Shown piece after piece: positions 38,191 to 48,392 of a stretch of DNA of 64,000 nucleotides. The notes beneath the pieces are model-generated. The model did not search any database. It worked only from the letters and a program-made list of their open reading frames with translations, and was not told the DNA's origin. This DNA is from a virus. Taxonomy: Duplodnaviria; Caudoviricetes. Numbering within the stretch: the stretch's first letter is position 1; every line of letters starts with the position of its first letter. Where the stretch lies: IMG/VR virus record IMGVR_UViG_3300046170_000211, positions 685-64,684 of that record; one strand, 5' to 3'. Made by a program: the position numbers and the translations under genes.

Positions 38191-38652
38191 TTAGTCTTTT
38201 TTCGAGCCACCAAAAGTTACACGAGTCTGTCGATCTTGATTAATCGGCATACTTGGGTGCTGTTCCTTCAAGACATCGTTTTCAATTGCATCATTTCGAT
38301 CTTGAGTAATTTTTGCAAAGTACTCTTCACGCGATTTCGCGAGCTCTTCAGATATCCTTGCCAGCACAAGGCCACCAACCCCGATCATACCTGCGTATTT
38401 GCCGTTATCTATAGAAGGATAATTATCATTTGGATATTCGTCAGCTCTAACTAACTCCCATCCTGATCTAAGCTTACCTGCCATGTTAGTGGTATCGTCG
38501 TACCCCATGCTTTCAGCTCTTATCCACCTATGTCGATATCCGTCTGGCGCAGGTGGTGCGTCCAGTGATGATGGAGGAGTCCAAATCTTAGGCTTTTCAG
38601 TTTTTGCTCTAGATTGACTCACGCGAGTGGTTTTCATTTTATCTTTTTCCAT
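38191..38652 (-). CDS. Conserved head-module protein
   Basis: WTPPSSLDAPPAPDGYRHRWIR, GWELVR, IGVGGLVLAR. Confidence 0.65.
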   Translation of the reverse strand: MEKDKMKTTRVSQSRAKTEKPKIWTPPSSLDAPPAPDGYRHRWIRAESMGYDDTTNMAGKLRSGWELVRADEYPNDNYPSIDNGKYAGMIGVGGLVLARISEELAKSREEYFAKITQDRNDAIENDVLKEQHPSMPINQDRQTRVTFGGSKKD

Positions 38653-38656
38653 ATGC

Positions 38657-39592
38657 TTATACCTCCTTCGCGGCTAATTGTTTCGCATACTCTTCAAGTG
38701 GCACACCTAATCTTTTAGAAATTGCTACCTGTGAAGGTGTGAGTTTCACAGTTTTTCTGCGTCCTTTTGTGGCCGGACGTTTGGCACTTGCTACGTTCTG
38801 CGTCGGTGCAGTTGTCGTAGTTGACTCCACATTATCAAATTTATGTGGGAATTCAAGTCTTATTCGCTTGTCAACCTCAGAATAATAGTCATCTGTTTGT
38901 GGGTCAAATCCTTCGTCTTCAACTAGCTTTTTATGTATGTCAAATGCAGTGTAAGTCATTGCATTATCTGTACCAAACCATGGGTTTTTCTGCGCCCATG
39001 CATCTGCTCTAGGGTCTACTGGAGCAGGTTGTTGCTGTTGTTGAACTTGTTGCTGTTGTTGAACTTGTTGCTGTTGTGCAACTTCTGCAGGCAAGTTTTC
39101 TTGCATTTCCTTAATCCTTGCTAGTCTAGTTGCATCCATTGACAGTTGTGCAAGCTCAGTTTGAGCAGCGACTTGCGCCTCTACATCACCTGCATTAATA
39201 GCATTTGCTAATTTACTCTTTACAGCGTCAATGTTTGTAGTAACTCTTTTTTCAAATTCATGATTGTAAGAACTGTCTAAAGTTTTATATTTGTTTCTTA
39301 ACTTTTCAGCTTCTTGTTTTTGATTTTGTGCATAAGTAATAGCTTCTTCCTTTTGTCTTTCAGCTTCCCTCATTTTACGAGTTAGCTTAGCTATTCTTTT
39401 TTGTACTCCCTCTGAATACTCACCAAGTTCGTCTTTTGGTTTTTCTTCAACAGGTGCTGTTTCTACAGCTTCTTCTTTTACTTCTTCAACAACTATTTCT
39501 TCAGCTGGTGTTTCTTCAACAGGTGCAGCATCTAATTCAATTTCTGTTTCCTGTTCATCGGTTTCACCGACATCTATTTTATCTTCTTGCAT
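38657..39592 (-). CDS. Capsid scaffolding protein
   Basis: Acidic N-terminus, coiled coil VQKRIAKLT, WAQKNPWFG, basic C-terminus ...LGVPLEEYAK. Confidence 0.75.
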   Translation of the reverse strand: MQEDKIDVGETDEQETEIELDAAPVEETPAEEIVVEEVKEEAVETAPVEEKPKDELGEYSEGVQKRIAKLTRKMREAERQKEEAITYAQNQKQEAEKLRNKYKTLDSSYNHEFEKRVTTNIDAVKSKLANAINAGDVEAQVAAQTELAQLSMDATRLARIKEMQENLPAEVAQQQQVQQQQQVQQQQQPAPVDPRADAWAQKNPWFGTDNAMTYTAFDIHKKLVEDEGFDPQTDDYYSEVDKRIRLEFPHKFDNVESTTTTAPTQNVASAKRPATKGRRKTVKLTPSQVAISKRLGVPLEEYAKQLAAKEV

Positions 39593-39612
39593 AGATTATC
39601 CTCCTCTATGAT

Positions 39613-40032
39613 TTACATTGCGTGAATAAGATCTTCAGGATCTTCTATAGTCCCTAGTATCTCATCATCGTTTAACATTCTTATCTCACCACCATCAATC
39701 TGCATACGTGATCCTGCATATCTTGCAAAGACCACCCATTGTTTTTCTTTGCACCATGGTCCTGTCGGATATTTTTCTTCATCCTTGTAACAGAGATCAC
39801 CCATCTTTAGTACATATCCAACTTGCGTTGCTACACGTGCTTTGTCTAATGATTCTTGTGCAATAATAATTCCGCCTTCAGTTTTTTCTTTAACTTGAAA
39901 GGGCATAACAAGTATACGCCATCCTGTAGGATGTGGTAACTTATCTAGATTTGTTTCTTGAGTTTCTTTTTTAGCTTCTTCAGCTTCTTCTTTATACTTA
40001 TCTTCTAATGCGTGCGATGTTTGTTTCGTCAT
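39613..40032 (-). CDS. groES: Co-chaperonin GroES-like protein
   Basis: PTGWRILV, KTEGGIII, VFARYAG, RMLNDDEILG. Confidence 0.85.
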   Translation of the reverse strand: MTKQTSHALEDKYKEEAEEAKKETQETNLDKLPHPTGWRILVMPFQVKEKTEGGIIIAQESLDKARVATQVGYVLKMGDLCYKDEEKYPTGPWCKEKQWVVFARYAGSRMQIDGGEIRMLNDDEILGTIEDPEDLIHAM

Positions 40033-40237
40033 CTGGTTCTGGCTCCTTAGGGTTTAGCAGGTTAGAGAGTTCCTGTTTAATTTGATCCATAGCATGAATC
40101 TTTCCGCAAATATATGTATATTTGTCCATTTTGTCAACACCACCGCTCATTAACGTTTGAGCGCAGTCGTCAATCGCTTGATCTAGGTGTCTTTGTATCT
40201 TGTATATTACGTTTACCGGGTCTGTAGCTTCTGACAT
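39998..40237 (-). CDS. Hypothetical head-module protein
   Basis: ORF track; position upstream of groES. Confidence 0.6.
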   Translation of the reverse strand: MSEATDPVNVIYKIQRHLDQAIDDCAQTLMSGGVDKMDKYTYICGKIHAMDQIKQELSNLLNPKEPEPDDETNIARIRR

Positions 40238-40361
40238 TTCTTTTATCCTTATCTCCTAGTTTATCCCAAAACTCGTCAAGAGCATTTGGTTCTTGTTTAC
40301 AACATTCCCCCGATAGTACTTTTTCTTCCGTGTGGCAATCACACGTTTTTTCTTCTCCCAT
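40170..40361 (-). CDS. Small hypothetical protein
   Basis: ORF track; G-rich RBS. Confidence 0.45.
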   Translation of the reverse strand: MGEEKTCDCHTEEKVLSGECCKQEPNALDEFWDKLGDKDKRNVRSYRPGKRNIQDTKTPRSSD

Positions 40362-40377
40362 TTATCCCCCTAAATTT

Positions 40378-40788
40378 TTATTTGCCTTTGAATTTACTAA
40401 GTGTAGTAACCCCAAAACTTCCACCCACTATAGTAAGTATAATGACCCAGAAATAATCGTTGACATCTTTTAAAATCTCCCACCCTGCAGCCATCCAAGG
40501 CTGAGTCCAAGGTGTGAAATGTGCCAAAATAATGAGGCTCCAGAAAACGACCAAATATTCGTCTTTCCATGAGTTGGCAGTTTGTCTCACCTGTTCCATC
40601 TGAACACCAATCTTTGCTACGTCCACCTTTGCGGCTGCCTCTATCTCCTTTGCTTTGATGATTTTATCTTTTTCTAGTTTGTGAGAAATTGCGCCGACAG
40701 TCTTTTCGGTTATAAGTTTTGCTATAGGATTATTTAGTAATCCTCCTCCAAGACCTAAAAGTGGTTTGATAAGTAGCAGTGGGTTCAT
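40378..40788 (-). CDS. Holin-like membrane protein (3TM type)
   Basis: SWKDEY followed by two TM helices and GGSFG. Confidence 0.6.
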   Translation of the reverse strand: MNPLLLIKPLLGLGGGLLNNPIAKLITEKTVGAISHKLEKDKIIKAKEIEAAAKVDVAKIGVQMEQVRQTANSWKDEYLVVFWSLIILAHFTPWTQPWMAAGWEILKDVNDYFWVIILTIVGGSFGVTTLSKFKGK

Positions 40789-41055
40789 TAGTTGTTGAGT
40801 ATTACCGCGATGAAAATTATAATGCCAACAGCAATTATAATTTTTGTTTTCTTAGTGGTTCCGTTCCACCATTCTTGGGCTTTCCATTTTATTTCGTCGA
40901 TCATGATGACCTCCTTTTTTTTCGTTTTACACCTGCTTCGCTGAGCGCGATAGCTATGGCTTGCTTTTTATTTACCACTTTTTTCTTAGATTTACCAGAT
41001 TTTAGTTTTCCTGATTTATATTCACGCATTACCTTGCTGATTTTCTTTTCTTTTT

Positions 41056-42210
41056 TCACGCTAATCCCATGTATGCAACTAAGTATTCTGCTTCTTCAGG
41101 TGAGTATCCGTTCTTAATATAACGATCATATGCTTCTAATGCTTCGTCTTCATATTTTGATCTTATAGGATCAATAGGAATGTAAGGGTTTGTTAGAGCT
41201 GGGTTTCCTGGTCTTGTATTTTTTTCAGTTTCTAAAGCGTTATATCTTTCTATAGCTAAGTCAGCTTGTTGTTCTGGAGATAAATAACCTCCTTGAATTT
41301 CAGCAACCTCGTCAGCAATAGCAGCTGTCATAGGCCCTGTGTATTTACGTGCAATTTTTGCGTCTTCGTCTACGTTTGCAAAAGGAACGCCAGGATCAGC
41401 AAAAGCGTTATTAAAATTTTCATCAGCTACAGCTTCTATAGATTGAGGATTTTTAGTAAAATATTTTCTTGCTTTGTAGTTTCCTATACCCGTCAAATCA
41501 GAAAGACTTTCTAGAGTTGGACCAAACATTGCTTCACCCAAACCCAAAATTCCTTTTCCGATTTGTGCGTAACCAAAAGTTCCAGGGGTTAATTGTGATG
41601 TACCAAGGGCGTTATAACCTGCACCAAGCATATTTTGTCCAGAAGAAAGAGCACTACCAAAAACATCAGAAACCATTCCATATGCTTCTTCAGGAGAGGT
41701 GTTCATTTTTGCTGATGCAAGTTTTGCTACGTTTTCGTTAACTCCCATCTTCATCAATCTATCTACAAAAGCCTCTTCTCCTAAAGTTTTAAAAGCTTCT
41801 GTAAAAGTTTTTTTATCTTCCGTTTCTGCTTCTTCATCTTCAAGAGCTAATTGATTAACTTTTTTTGCCATAATGTTTGGATTAACATTAGTATTAGCAT
41901 TGGTTAAAGAGTTTGTGTTTAATAAACCTTGACCACTAAACGTAGAAGCAAGTCCTGTGCCCATCAAACCAGCGTCATAAGCCGATTGTATGTTCTGTGG
42001 ATTATTAGTAAAATATCTTTCTGTAAGACCTATTGGTGTGTTGTTCTCACCAAACGTTACTAAATTTCCTTCTTCGTCAGTAAGAGCTAATCCGCTATAA
42101 TCGGTTATCTTATTTTTATCATTATCTGGACCTTCGGGATTTCTCTCATTACCAAAACCATCCATTCCACCATAATTATCTTGACCTGGTCCTGTGTTAT
42201 AGCCTGGCAT
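41056..42210 (-). CDS. Hypothetical virion-associated protein
   Basis: ORF track; downstream of the portal. Confidence 0.55.
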   Translation of the reverse strand: MPGYNTGPGQDNYGGMDGFGNERNPEGPDNDKNKITDYSGLALTDEEGNLVTFGENNTPIGLTERYFTNNPQNIQSAYDAGLMGTGLASTFSGQGLLNTNSLTNANTNVNPNIMAKKVNQLALEDEEAETEDKKTFTEAFKTLGEEAFVDRLMKMGVNENVAKLASAKMNTSPEEAYGMVSDVFGSALSSGQNMLGAGYNALGTSQLTPGTFGYAQIGKGILGLGEAMFGPTLESLSDLTGIGNYKARKYFTKNPQSIEAVADENFNNAFADPGVPFANVDEDAKIARKYTGPMTAAIADEVAEIQGGYLSPEQQADLAIERYNALETEKNTRPGNPALTNPYIPIDPIRSKYEDEALEAYDRYIKNGYSPEEAEYLVAYMGLA

Positions 42211-42212
42211 TA

Positions 42213-44744
42213 TTAATTCCCCTCTTTAATTGTCGCCTGCATCTGTTTTATACCATCTTTTGCAAGTGATACTGACGCTCTCATTTTAGCATGTTCATCA
42301 TCTTGCTCAAGTTTATCTTCTGCAAGTTGTCTGTTTTGTAGTAGTTTTAGTGCGTCCATTTCAGCTTTTTGTTCGCCTTCTTCACGTTTTCTTTCCTCTT
42401 CTTTAGCTTTTAACTGCACTTCATCGTTCTTTAATCGTAATAATGGGTCATTATCGATCTGATTAAGCACTTTTTTCTCTTCTTCAAGGTATTCTGCCAT
42501 TGTTTCAGCAATTAATACTGATTTTCTTGACTCAAGTGCCTCTGTAAGCTGTTTTACACGCTTTTGTGCCTCAACAAGTTGAGGATTTTGCTGCATTTGC
42601 TGCATCATTTGCGGATTTTGTTGCATTCCACCCATCATTTGTTGAATTTGCTGTTGCATTTGCTGCATTTCCATAATTTCGTCCTTAAATTCTAGCTGAA
42701 CTTGCTCTGTTGCCATCAAAGTGATGTGTTCTAGTATGTTTTTTTGCAATGCTGCTAGTATTTGTGGGTTTGTACGTGCCATCATTGTACCCATAAAGCT
42801 TAAATGTGCATCCATGTGAGCTTGGTGGTCTTGTCCTGGGAAAGCTTTAAAAGTTTCTCCTGTCAAAGCCTTTAAATTTTCCATAGCTGGGTCCATTGGT
42901 TGTGGCTGTGCTGGTTTTTTTAATAACGTGTCAATGTTTTTTACACCTAACGCCTCATACATATCACGATACGCAACATATAAATTGTGCATCTTAGGAT
43001 TAGACATTGCTAACTGTAATTGCGTTTGTGCAATACTAATTCTTTGTGTCTGTGAAAAGATATTAGGATCTGCAACAGGAATGATATCTACTCTCTCGTC
43101 AAAGTCAGTTGCAAAAATTTGTTTTTGTCCACCTACTACATCGTATGGATATTCTTTTGGTAAGTATGTTGCAAAACATTTAGCAAGTAACATAAACTCA
43201 CATTTCATTCCAGCATACACTCTTTTGTGTATTGCTGACATAACCCGCGATCCACGTTCAAGTAATGCTACTGTCGTGCCTACTGCTGCATTTTGATTAC
43301 CATCACCGACCTGCATATCAGCAATAGACGCGAATCGTTGACCTGCTTCTACAACAACACCCATTAACTGTAGTAATGTTCCATCAGGTCCTTTAAACGG
43401 CAACGGCATAAATGCGTCAGCTAAATTTCCACCAGGAGCGTCAACATCACGGAACTCTCCCGGCTGCAACGGTTGAGCTTCGTCTCTGACTCGGATGCCT
43501 CTTTGTTTGAATCCGGACGGTAAGTTAGACAAGGTGCCGGCGTCAAGAAGCTGTCTCAATGCTGCAGTTGCAGTTCGTGACAGTCCGCCGATCATGTGAA
43601 TAAGGCCGAATCCATAGAAGCCTAGTCCTGGTAAAAACTTAAAGTGTACAAAATAATCTTTTTTCTTTTTAGACGGATCGTTCGCATCGAAATTTCTTCT
43701 GATTGCTAAAATCTGTCCTGATCCTTCATCAAGAGTAATGATGTAAGGAACTTTTAAACCTGTCTCTTCTCCTGTCTCTGGGTCAACTTCTCCAAAACCA
43801 GTAATAGACATTTCAACATGACATTCTAGTAAAGTGTATATTTCACTTTTTTCTAGTTCAGCCATTTCAATACCTTCTAGATCATTTTTCTTATCTCTAA
43901 TTTCATCAGGTGCAACTGATCCAGATTGTGTCAATTCTATGTCACTGTAAAAACCTGTTAGTTGGTTTTTTAATAAGTCATTTCCTGTCATTCTTATAGA
44001 ATGAATAACACAATCAGAATCATCTAATGATGTAGTTGTGTAAGGAACATATAAATCTTCTGCGGGCACAAACTTAGATACACAACGACCTAGTAATTGG
44101 TCGTAGTAAACTTTTTTAAATGTAGAACCTGACAGAGGTAAGTTAAATAACATTTGATCAAACTCTGGCTCGTACTCTTTCATTTCTACCATTAACTGAT
44201 AGTTCATATAATCTTTAACGCGTTCTGCTTGGTCTTCTCTTGCAGGGTCTACGTTTCCTACAATCTGTGTTCTAACTGGACCGCCTGCTGGTAGTAACTC
44301 TTTGTATGCAAGAGATTGAAATTGTGTAACAGCTTCTGCAAGTACAGGGTGTGTCGCGCCACTAGAACCTTGGAATGGTTCTGATCTATTTTCGTATTTA
44401 AAACCTAATAGGTCTAAACCTTTTGTATAAGTGTCTTCCCAATCTGCTCTTGATGATTTACAGCTTTCATAGTTTTCTAAAAGGTCGTTTGAAATTTCTT
44501 GTAAAATATCTTCTTCTAAAAAGTCGGCTAAGTTTTCATCATGTGATTGTCCGCCTTCAGGTACAACTGCTGCTGGATCAAAATCAACTTCAACACCGCC
44601 ATCATCTGTTTCTTTTATTTCAACAGGCTGTTGTTGCGTTAAGTTCATTTGTATTTTTTCCAACTGAGCTTGCTGATTAGGTACTTTTAAATTTGTCCTA
44701 GTTTGTTTAGGTGGAAGTACTGGGTTGTTTTTATCTATAGCCAT
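42213..44744 (-). CDS. Portal protein
   Basis: HPVLAEAVTQFQ, GSTFKKVYYD, FLPGLGFYGFGLIH, LLDAGTLSNLP, SRVMSAIHKR; Q-rich C-terminal region. Confidence 0.88.
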   Translation of the reverse strand: MAIDKNNPVLPPKQTRTNLKVPNQQAQLEKIQMNLTQQQPVEIKETDDGGVEVDFDPAAVVPEGGQSHDENLADFLEEDILQEISNDLLENYESCKSSRADWEDTYTKGLDLLGFKYENRSEPFQGSSGATHPVLAEAVTQFQSLAYKELLPAGGPVRTQIVGNVDPAREDQAERVKDYMNYQLMVEMKEYEPEFDQMLFNLPLSGSTFKKVYYDQLLGRCVSKFVPAEDLYVPYTTTSLDDSDCVIHSIRMTGNDLLKNQLTGFYSDIELTQSGSVAPDEIRDKKNDLEGIEMAELEKSEIYTLLECHVEMSITGFGEVDPETGEETGLKVPYIITLDEGSGQILAIRRNFDANDPSKKKKDYFVHFKFLPGLGFYGFGLIHMIGGLSRTATAALRQLLDAGTLSNLPSGFKQRGIRVRDEAQPLQPGEFRDVDAPGGNLADAFMPLPFKGPDGTLLQLMGVVVEAGQRFASIADMQVGDGNQNAAVGTTVALLERGSRVMSAIHKRVYAGMKCEFMLLAKCFATYLPKEYPYDVVGGQKQIFATDFDERVDIIPVADPNIFSQTQRISIAQTQLQLAMSNPKMHNLYVAYRDMYEALGVKNIDTLLKKPAQPQPMDPAMENLKALTGETFKAFPGQDHQAHMDAHLSFMGTMMARTNPQILAALQKNILEHITLMATEQVQLEFKDEIMEMQQMQQQIQQMMGGMQQNPQMMQQMQQNPQLVEAQKRVKQLTEALESRKSVLIAETMAEYLEEEKKVLNQIDNDPLLRLKNDEVQLKAKEEERKREEGEQKAEMDALKLLQNRQLAEDKLEQDDEHAKMRASVSLAKDGIKQMQATIKEGN

Positions 44745-46645
44745 TATGCTGTCCTCTGTCTAAATAATGAACCTACTCCATTCGGCATCGGTCCTGCTTG
44801 TGGTGGCACTAATCCACCTAGTTTAAATCCTGGTTCTTGCTGTTTTGTTCTTTTTACAAAATCTTCTATTGCATTATCTACTTGCATCGTGGTTCCTCTA
44901 GTTGCAAATTCTTCAACGTTGCGAAGATCAGTTGTAACTTCATCCATTCCCATTGCATAGTTTTCAAAATCTCCACTAGGCTCAGAACCTTTTCTAAACT
45001 CTCCAACAAAAAACGATGGGTCTTCTGTAACGCTACGACCATCTTCAAAATATCTTTGCATTGATGGTTCGTACTCAAAACTAACTTGAGTACCATCATC
45101 CGCTACAGTATAAACATCTATTCGTCCTGTGTTTACATCTTCTACCATTTTATATTCAGTTTTACCATCCATGTATTTATACACCGCATTTACTTCACCT
45201 TTTTGTGGTGCTGCAGGAGATACTAAATTACCTTTTGTTTGTATCTTACTGACAAGTAATGGGAACCATTTAGGCATACCCGGTGCTGATAATGTTTTTG
45301 CTGCGGTGATACCTGTTTTTGCTGCAGGTAATAATCCTTTACCAGCAGTTAATGCTGCAGTGATCCCACCGCCTAACACACCAAGAAAACCTCTACGTGA
45401 CATTGGCAATTTACCCCCGCCAGGAACGTCTTTACCATCAGCAAACCCTACACGACCACCTTTTGCCATTTTAGGTTTGTCTGGATCAAAAGGAAAAACT
45501 TCTAAAATTTCATCTATGTCTTCTATTCCTTCACTACCCATTTTCTCTAACGTTTTTTTGTTAATGTTTTCTAGCAATCTTGCTTTTTCAAACTCTCCTG
45601 CCTCCGCTAATAATTTTACTTTTTCTTGGTTCCTTACAAGTTGTTTTACCATGTCACCTGCTAAACCTGTTAACTGCTGATTACTAAGATGTTCTAGATC
45701 TTTTCTTATTTGCATTTTATCATCTACAAACTTGTCTGTTAATAGGTCGTCTACTTCTTGTGGACTTAAAGGGTTTTCAGGTGTGTCTATTTCTACTTTT
45801 GCTTTTCCAAAAAATTCATCAGGTGGAGTTTCAGTTGCAATAATTTCTTTTGCTTTGTTTTTTGTTATTCTTGCATTAGCAGGATCAGCTCCACCAGTTT
45901 CTCTTGCAGGGGGGTCTTGAACAATTCCTTTTTCAGGGTCAAACCTAACGTCACCTACTCCATGGTCGTATTGAAATTGTTTTAGTGCTTCGTCTTCTCC
46001 AAACTGTTCTGCTATGTCTTCATACTTTTGGTAATCTATTTTGCTTGCATCAAACTTTCCTGTTTGTGCTGCTGTTATTCCTTTTTCGTCGACACGATAC
46101 TTGCTTAAATCAATAATATTATCTGTCTCTATATTTTTTCCAAGTTCTTGTATCTCTTCTAAGAACTCTAAAGGCTCGTCTCTCATCTGTATATCTGCGT
46201 ACGCATAAAGTCTTTCAGTGTCGTCTATGGTTGACATCTTTCCAAAATTTCCACCTTCTGAATAACCTTGGTTCATTTTCTCAACAAGAGCGCGTTTTAC
46301 TCTTCCGACATCCAAACCTGTTTTCTCTGCTATGAATTCAAACGTACGTTCTGGTCCGTCTTTTAACAAAGCAGATATACCTTGTGGTCTATTCATTACA
46401 GAATCTGATTCACCAGCAAAACGTTCTGCGTTAGCAACAATTGGTTCAAAATCATTTTTTAATTCTGCAACCATTGAGTCTACAGTATCTAAGTCTTGGT
46501 TTGTGTCTGTCCCTTTATATCTTTCTACAAAGTCGTCAATTTTGTTTGACAAATCTTCTACTTCAAGATTAGTCATACCCTTAGTAGCTTTAGCTCTACT
46601 GAGTAGGTTATCTATATAGTTTTTTATAAACAATGGTATCTTCAT
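44744..46645 (-). CDS. Hypothetical protein between terminase and portal with an internal twin-arginine-like motif
   Basis: ORF track; MAKGGRVG followed by MSRRGFLGVLGGGITAAL. Confidence 0.6.
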   Translation of the reverse strand: MKIPLFIKNYIDNLLSRAKATKGMTNLEVEDLSNKIDDFVERYKGTDTNQDLDTVDSMVAELKNDFEPIVANAERFAGESDSVMNRPQGISALLKDGPERTFEFIAEKTGLDVGRVKRALVEKMNQGYSEGGNFGKMSTIDDTERLYAYADIQMRDEPLEFLEEIQELGKNIETDNIIDLSKYRVDEKGITAAQTGKFDASKIDYQKYEDIAEQFGEDEALKQFQYDHGVGDVRFDPEKGIVQDPPARETGGADPANARITKNKAKEIIATETPPDEFFGKAKVEIDTPENPLSPQEVDDLLTDKFVDDKMQIRKDLEHLSNQQLTGLAGDMVKQLVRNQEKVKLLAEAGEFEKARLLENINKKTLEKMGSEGIEDIDEILEVFPFDPDKPKMAKGGRVGFADGKDVPGGGKLPMSRRGFLGVLGGGITAALTAGKGLLPAAKTGITAAKTLSAPGMPKWFPLLVSKIQTKGNLVSPAAPQKGEVNAVYKYMDGKTEYKMVEDVNTGRIDVYTVADDGTQVSFEYEPSMQRYFEDGRSVTEDPSFFVGEFRKGSEPSGDFENYAMGMDEVTTDLRNVEEFATRGTTMQVDNAIEDFVKRTKQQEPGFKLGGLVPPQAGPMPNGVGSLFRQRTA

Positions 46646-48111
46646 TAGTAGTATGTCCTCTGTTCATACGGCAAAGGTTCGTCTTCATAGTCATCTGGAT
46701 GTTCTACAAAGCCACCTTGTCTAAATCTCATTACGGCTTGAGTCATACTATCCACTAAGTCATCGTGTTCCCCTAATGGAAATGCAGCGCACTCCTCAAT
46801 AACCTCTTCAGCAAACTTTTTATCTGGTGCCCATACCATTCCAGCTTCAAATAGCGGTGCTACAGAGTTCACTCTAGTATGTTTATCATTTCCTTTACTA
46901 GGTGTAAAGTTAATAACTGGTATGCCTAGCTTACGCAATTCATACGTTAAAGGTAGTCCTGAAGCCTTAGCTTCCACGATCACCGTTTCTGGTTTCCAGT
47001 AATCATATTGTTCTTTTGCTTTCTTACGTAGTTCTGGAAACTCGTATCTATCTTTTACCATGTCTAATAGTATTAAATTAGGTGCGTCGCCTTCATTTGG
47101 ACAAAATACACCCCACGTAGTTATGGCGCTGTAGTCAGCTGTTTCTTTTTTCATAAACGCTGTGTCATAAGATTGAATCACGTGCATTAATGCAGGTGGT
47201 TCTGGTTTGTCATACACCTTCCACCACTCACGCTTTATAATACTACCTTCAGCTGCTGTTGGATTTTGTTGGTATTGCGCATTCCATTTTAGTATACTCA
47301 CGGATGCTTTTACCGCTTCCAGTTCTTCGAGCTTCCAATAACCGGGCCAAACGGGTTTCCCGCTTGGAAGTATGGCTGGGAATTCTATCACTTCCCATTG
47401 ATCTGCTTTTGGTTCTGCTTGTCCTTTTATCAATTTTCCAGTTAAGTCAGCAACGTTCCATCGAGTCATCACCACAATTATCCTGCCTCCAGGTTGCAAA
47501 CGCTGCCGCGGTCCAGAAGTATACCACTCATACACTCGATCGTAACTGGCCATGTTCATTGCGTCCTGCTCAGAATGTGGATCATCAATAATTAATAGAT
47601 CAGCACCACGACCGGTTATTGAACCGCCGACACCTGCTGCATAATATTCGCCGCCTTGATCGGTCTCCCATTTACCCGCAGCTTTAGAATCTTCTTTTAA
47701 TCTTGTTTGAAATATTTCTTGATACTCTTGCTGTTCCATAAGACCTTTAGCCTTACGACCAAAACGTACAGCAAGTTCTGCATTATTAGTTGCCTGGATT
47801 ATTTTTAATTTTGGATTGTTGCCAATCATCCATGCAGGTAAGAAGTTGGATGCAAATTCACTCTTCGTGTGCCGCGGCGCCATGTTAATGATTAAACGTT
47901 TTATGTCACCATTAGCAACTTTGTTAAATTTGTCCGCCATAATTTTATGATGTTTGCCTTCTATAAAATCTGGCCACATGTGTTTTACAAAACTTAAGAA
48001 GTCATCGCGGATTTTTTGTTCTCCTTTTTTTTCTTCAAGGAGAAGCATTGTCTTTAAATATTCTTTTCTAGTATCTGGTGGTAGTTGGTTTATTTGTTCT
48101 GGGGTTAGCAT
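46645..48111 (-). CDS. terL: Terminase large subunit (probable start MLTPEQ at 48111)
   Basis: APRHTKSE Walker A, LLIIDDPH Walker B, VMTRW, nuclease SYDTA...HDDLVD. Confidence 0.95.
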   Translation of the reverse strand: MLTPEQINQLPPDTRKEYLKTMLLLEEKKGEQKIRDDFLSFVKHMWPDFIEGKHHKIMADKFNKVANGDIKRLIINMAPRHTKSEFASNFLPAWMIGNNPKLKIIQATNNAELAVRFGRKAKGLMEQQEYQEIFQTRLKEDSKAAGKWETDQGGEYYAAGVGGSITGRGADLLIIDDPHSEQDAMNMASYDRVYEWYTSGPRQRLQPGGRIIVVMTRWNVADLTGKLIKGQAEPKADQWEVIEFPAILPSGKPVWPGYWKLEELEAVKASVSILKWNAQYQQNPTAAEGSIIKREWWKVYDKPEPPALMHVIQSYDTAFMKKETADYSAITTWGVFCPNEGDAPNLILLDMVKDRYEFPELRKKAKEQYDYWKPETVIVEAKASGLPLTYELRKLGIPVINFTPSKGNDKHTRVNSVAPLFEAGMVWAPDKKFAEEVIEECAAFPLGEHDDLVDSMTQAVMRFRQGGFVEHPDDYEDEPLPYEQRTYY

Positions 48112-48332
48112 TCGAAAAAATTTTGCAAAAAATTTTGCACCTTTGCTTTTAATGGTGAAAATGATTTTAGACCATATAAACATTCAAATCAAGCTATATA
48201 TGGTATGTTGTTAGGATCCCTATACTATATGTGGGGGGTGGGTGGGCCCAAAGGCAACAAGCCTAGGAAAACGCTAGGGACCCCTCGCCAGTTTAGAATG
48301 AGTCTAATGTACAAAGATATATAAATAAATAG

Positions 48333-48392
48333 TTGACAGTATTTTGCAAATACAGTTAAACTATGGGATAACAAGAGAAAGGATAATATATG
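48333..48392 (+). promoter_or_regulatory. Early promoter/RBS unit P1
   Basis: TTGACA...TATGGGATAAC...AGAAAGGATAATATATG. Confidence 0.7.

Noticed and set aside
39029-39078. Poly-Gln repeats in the scaffold (and portal ~42590-42670)
   Set aside because: Ordinary low-complexity linkers in head proteins.
48233-48246. G-quadruplex
   Set aside because: Only three separated G-tracts; insufficient support.
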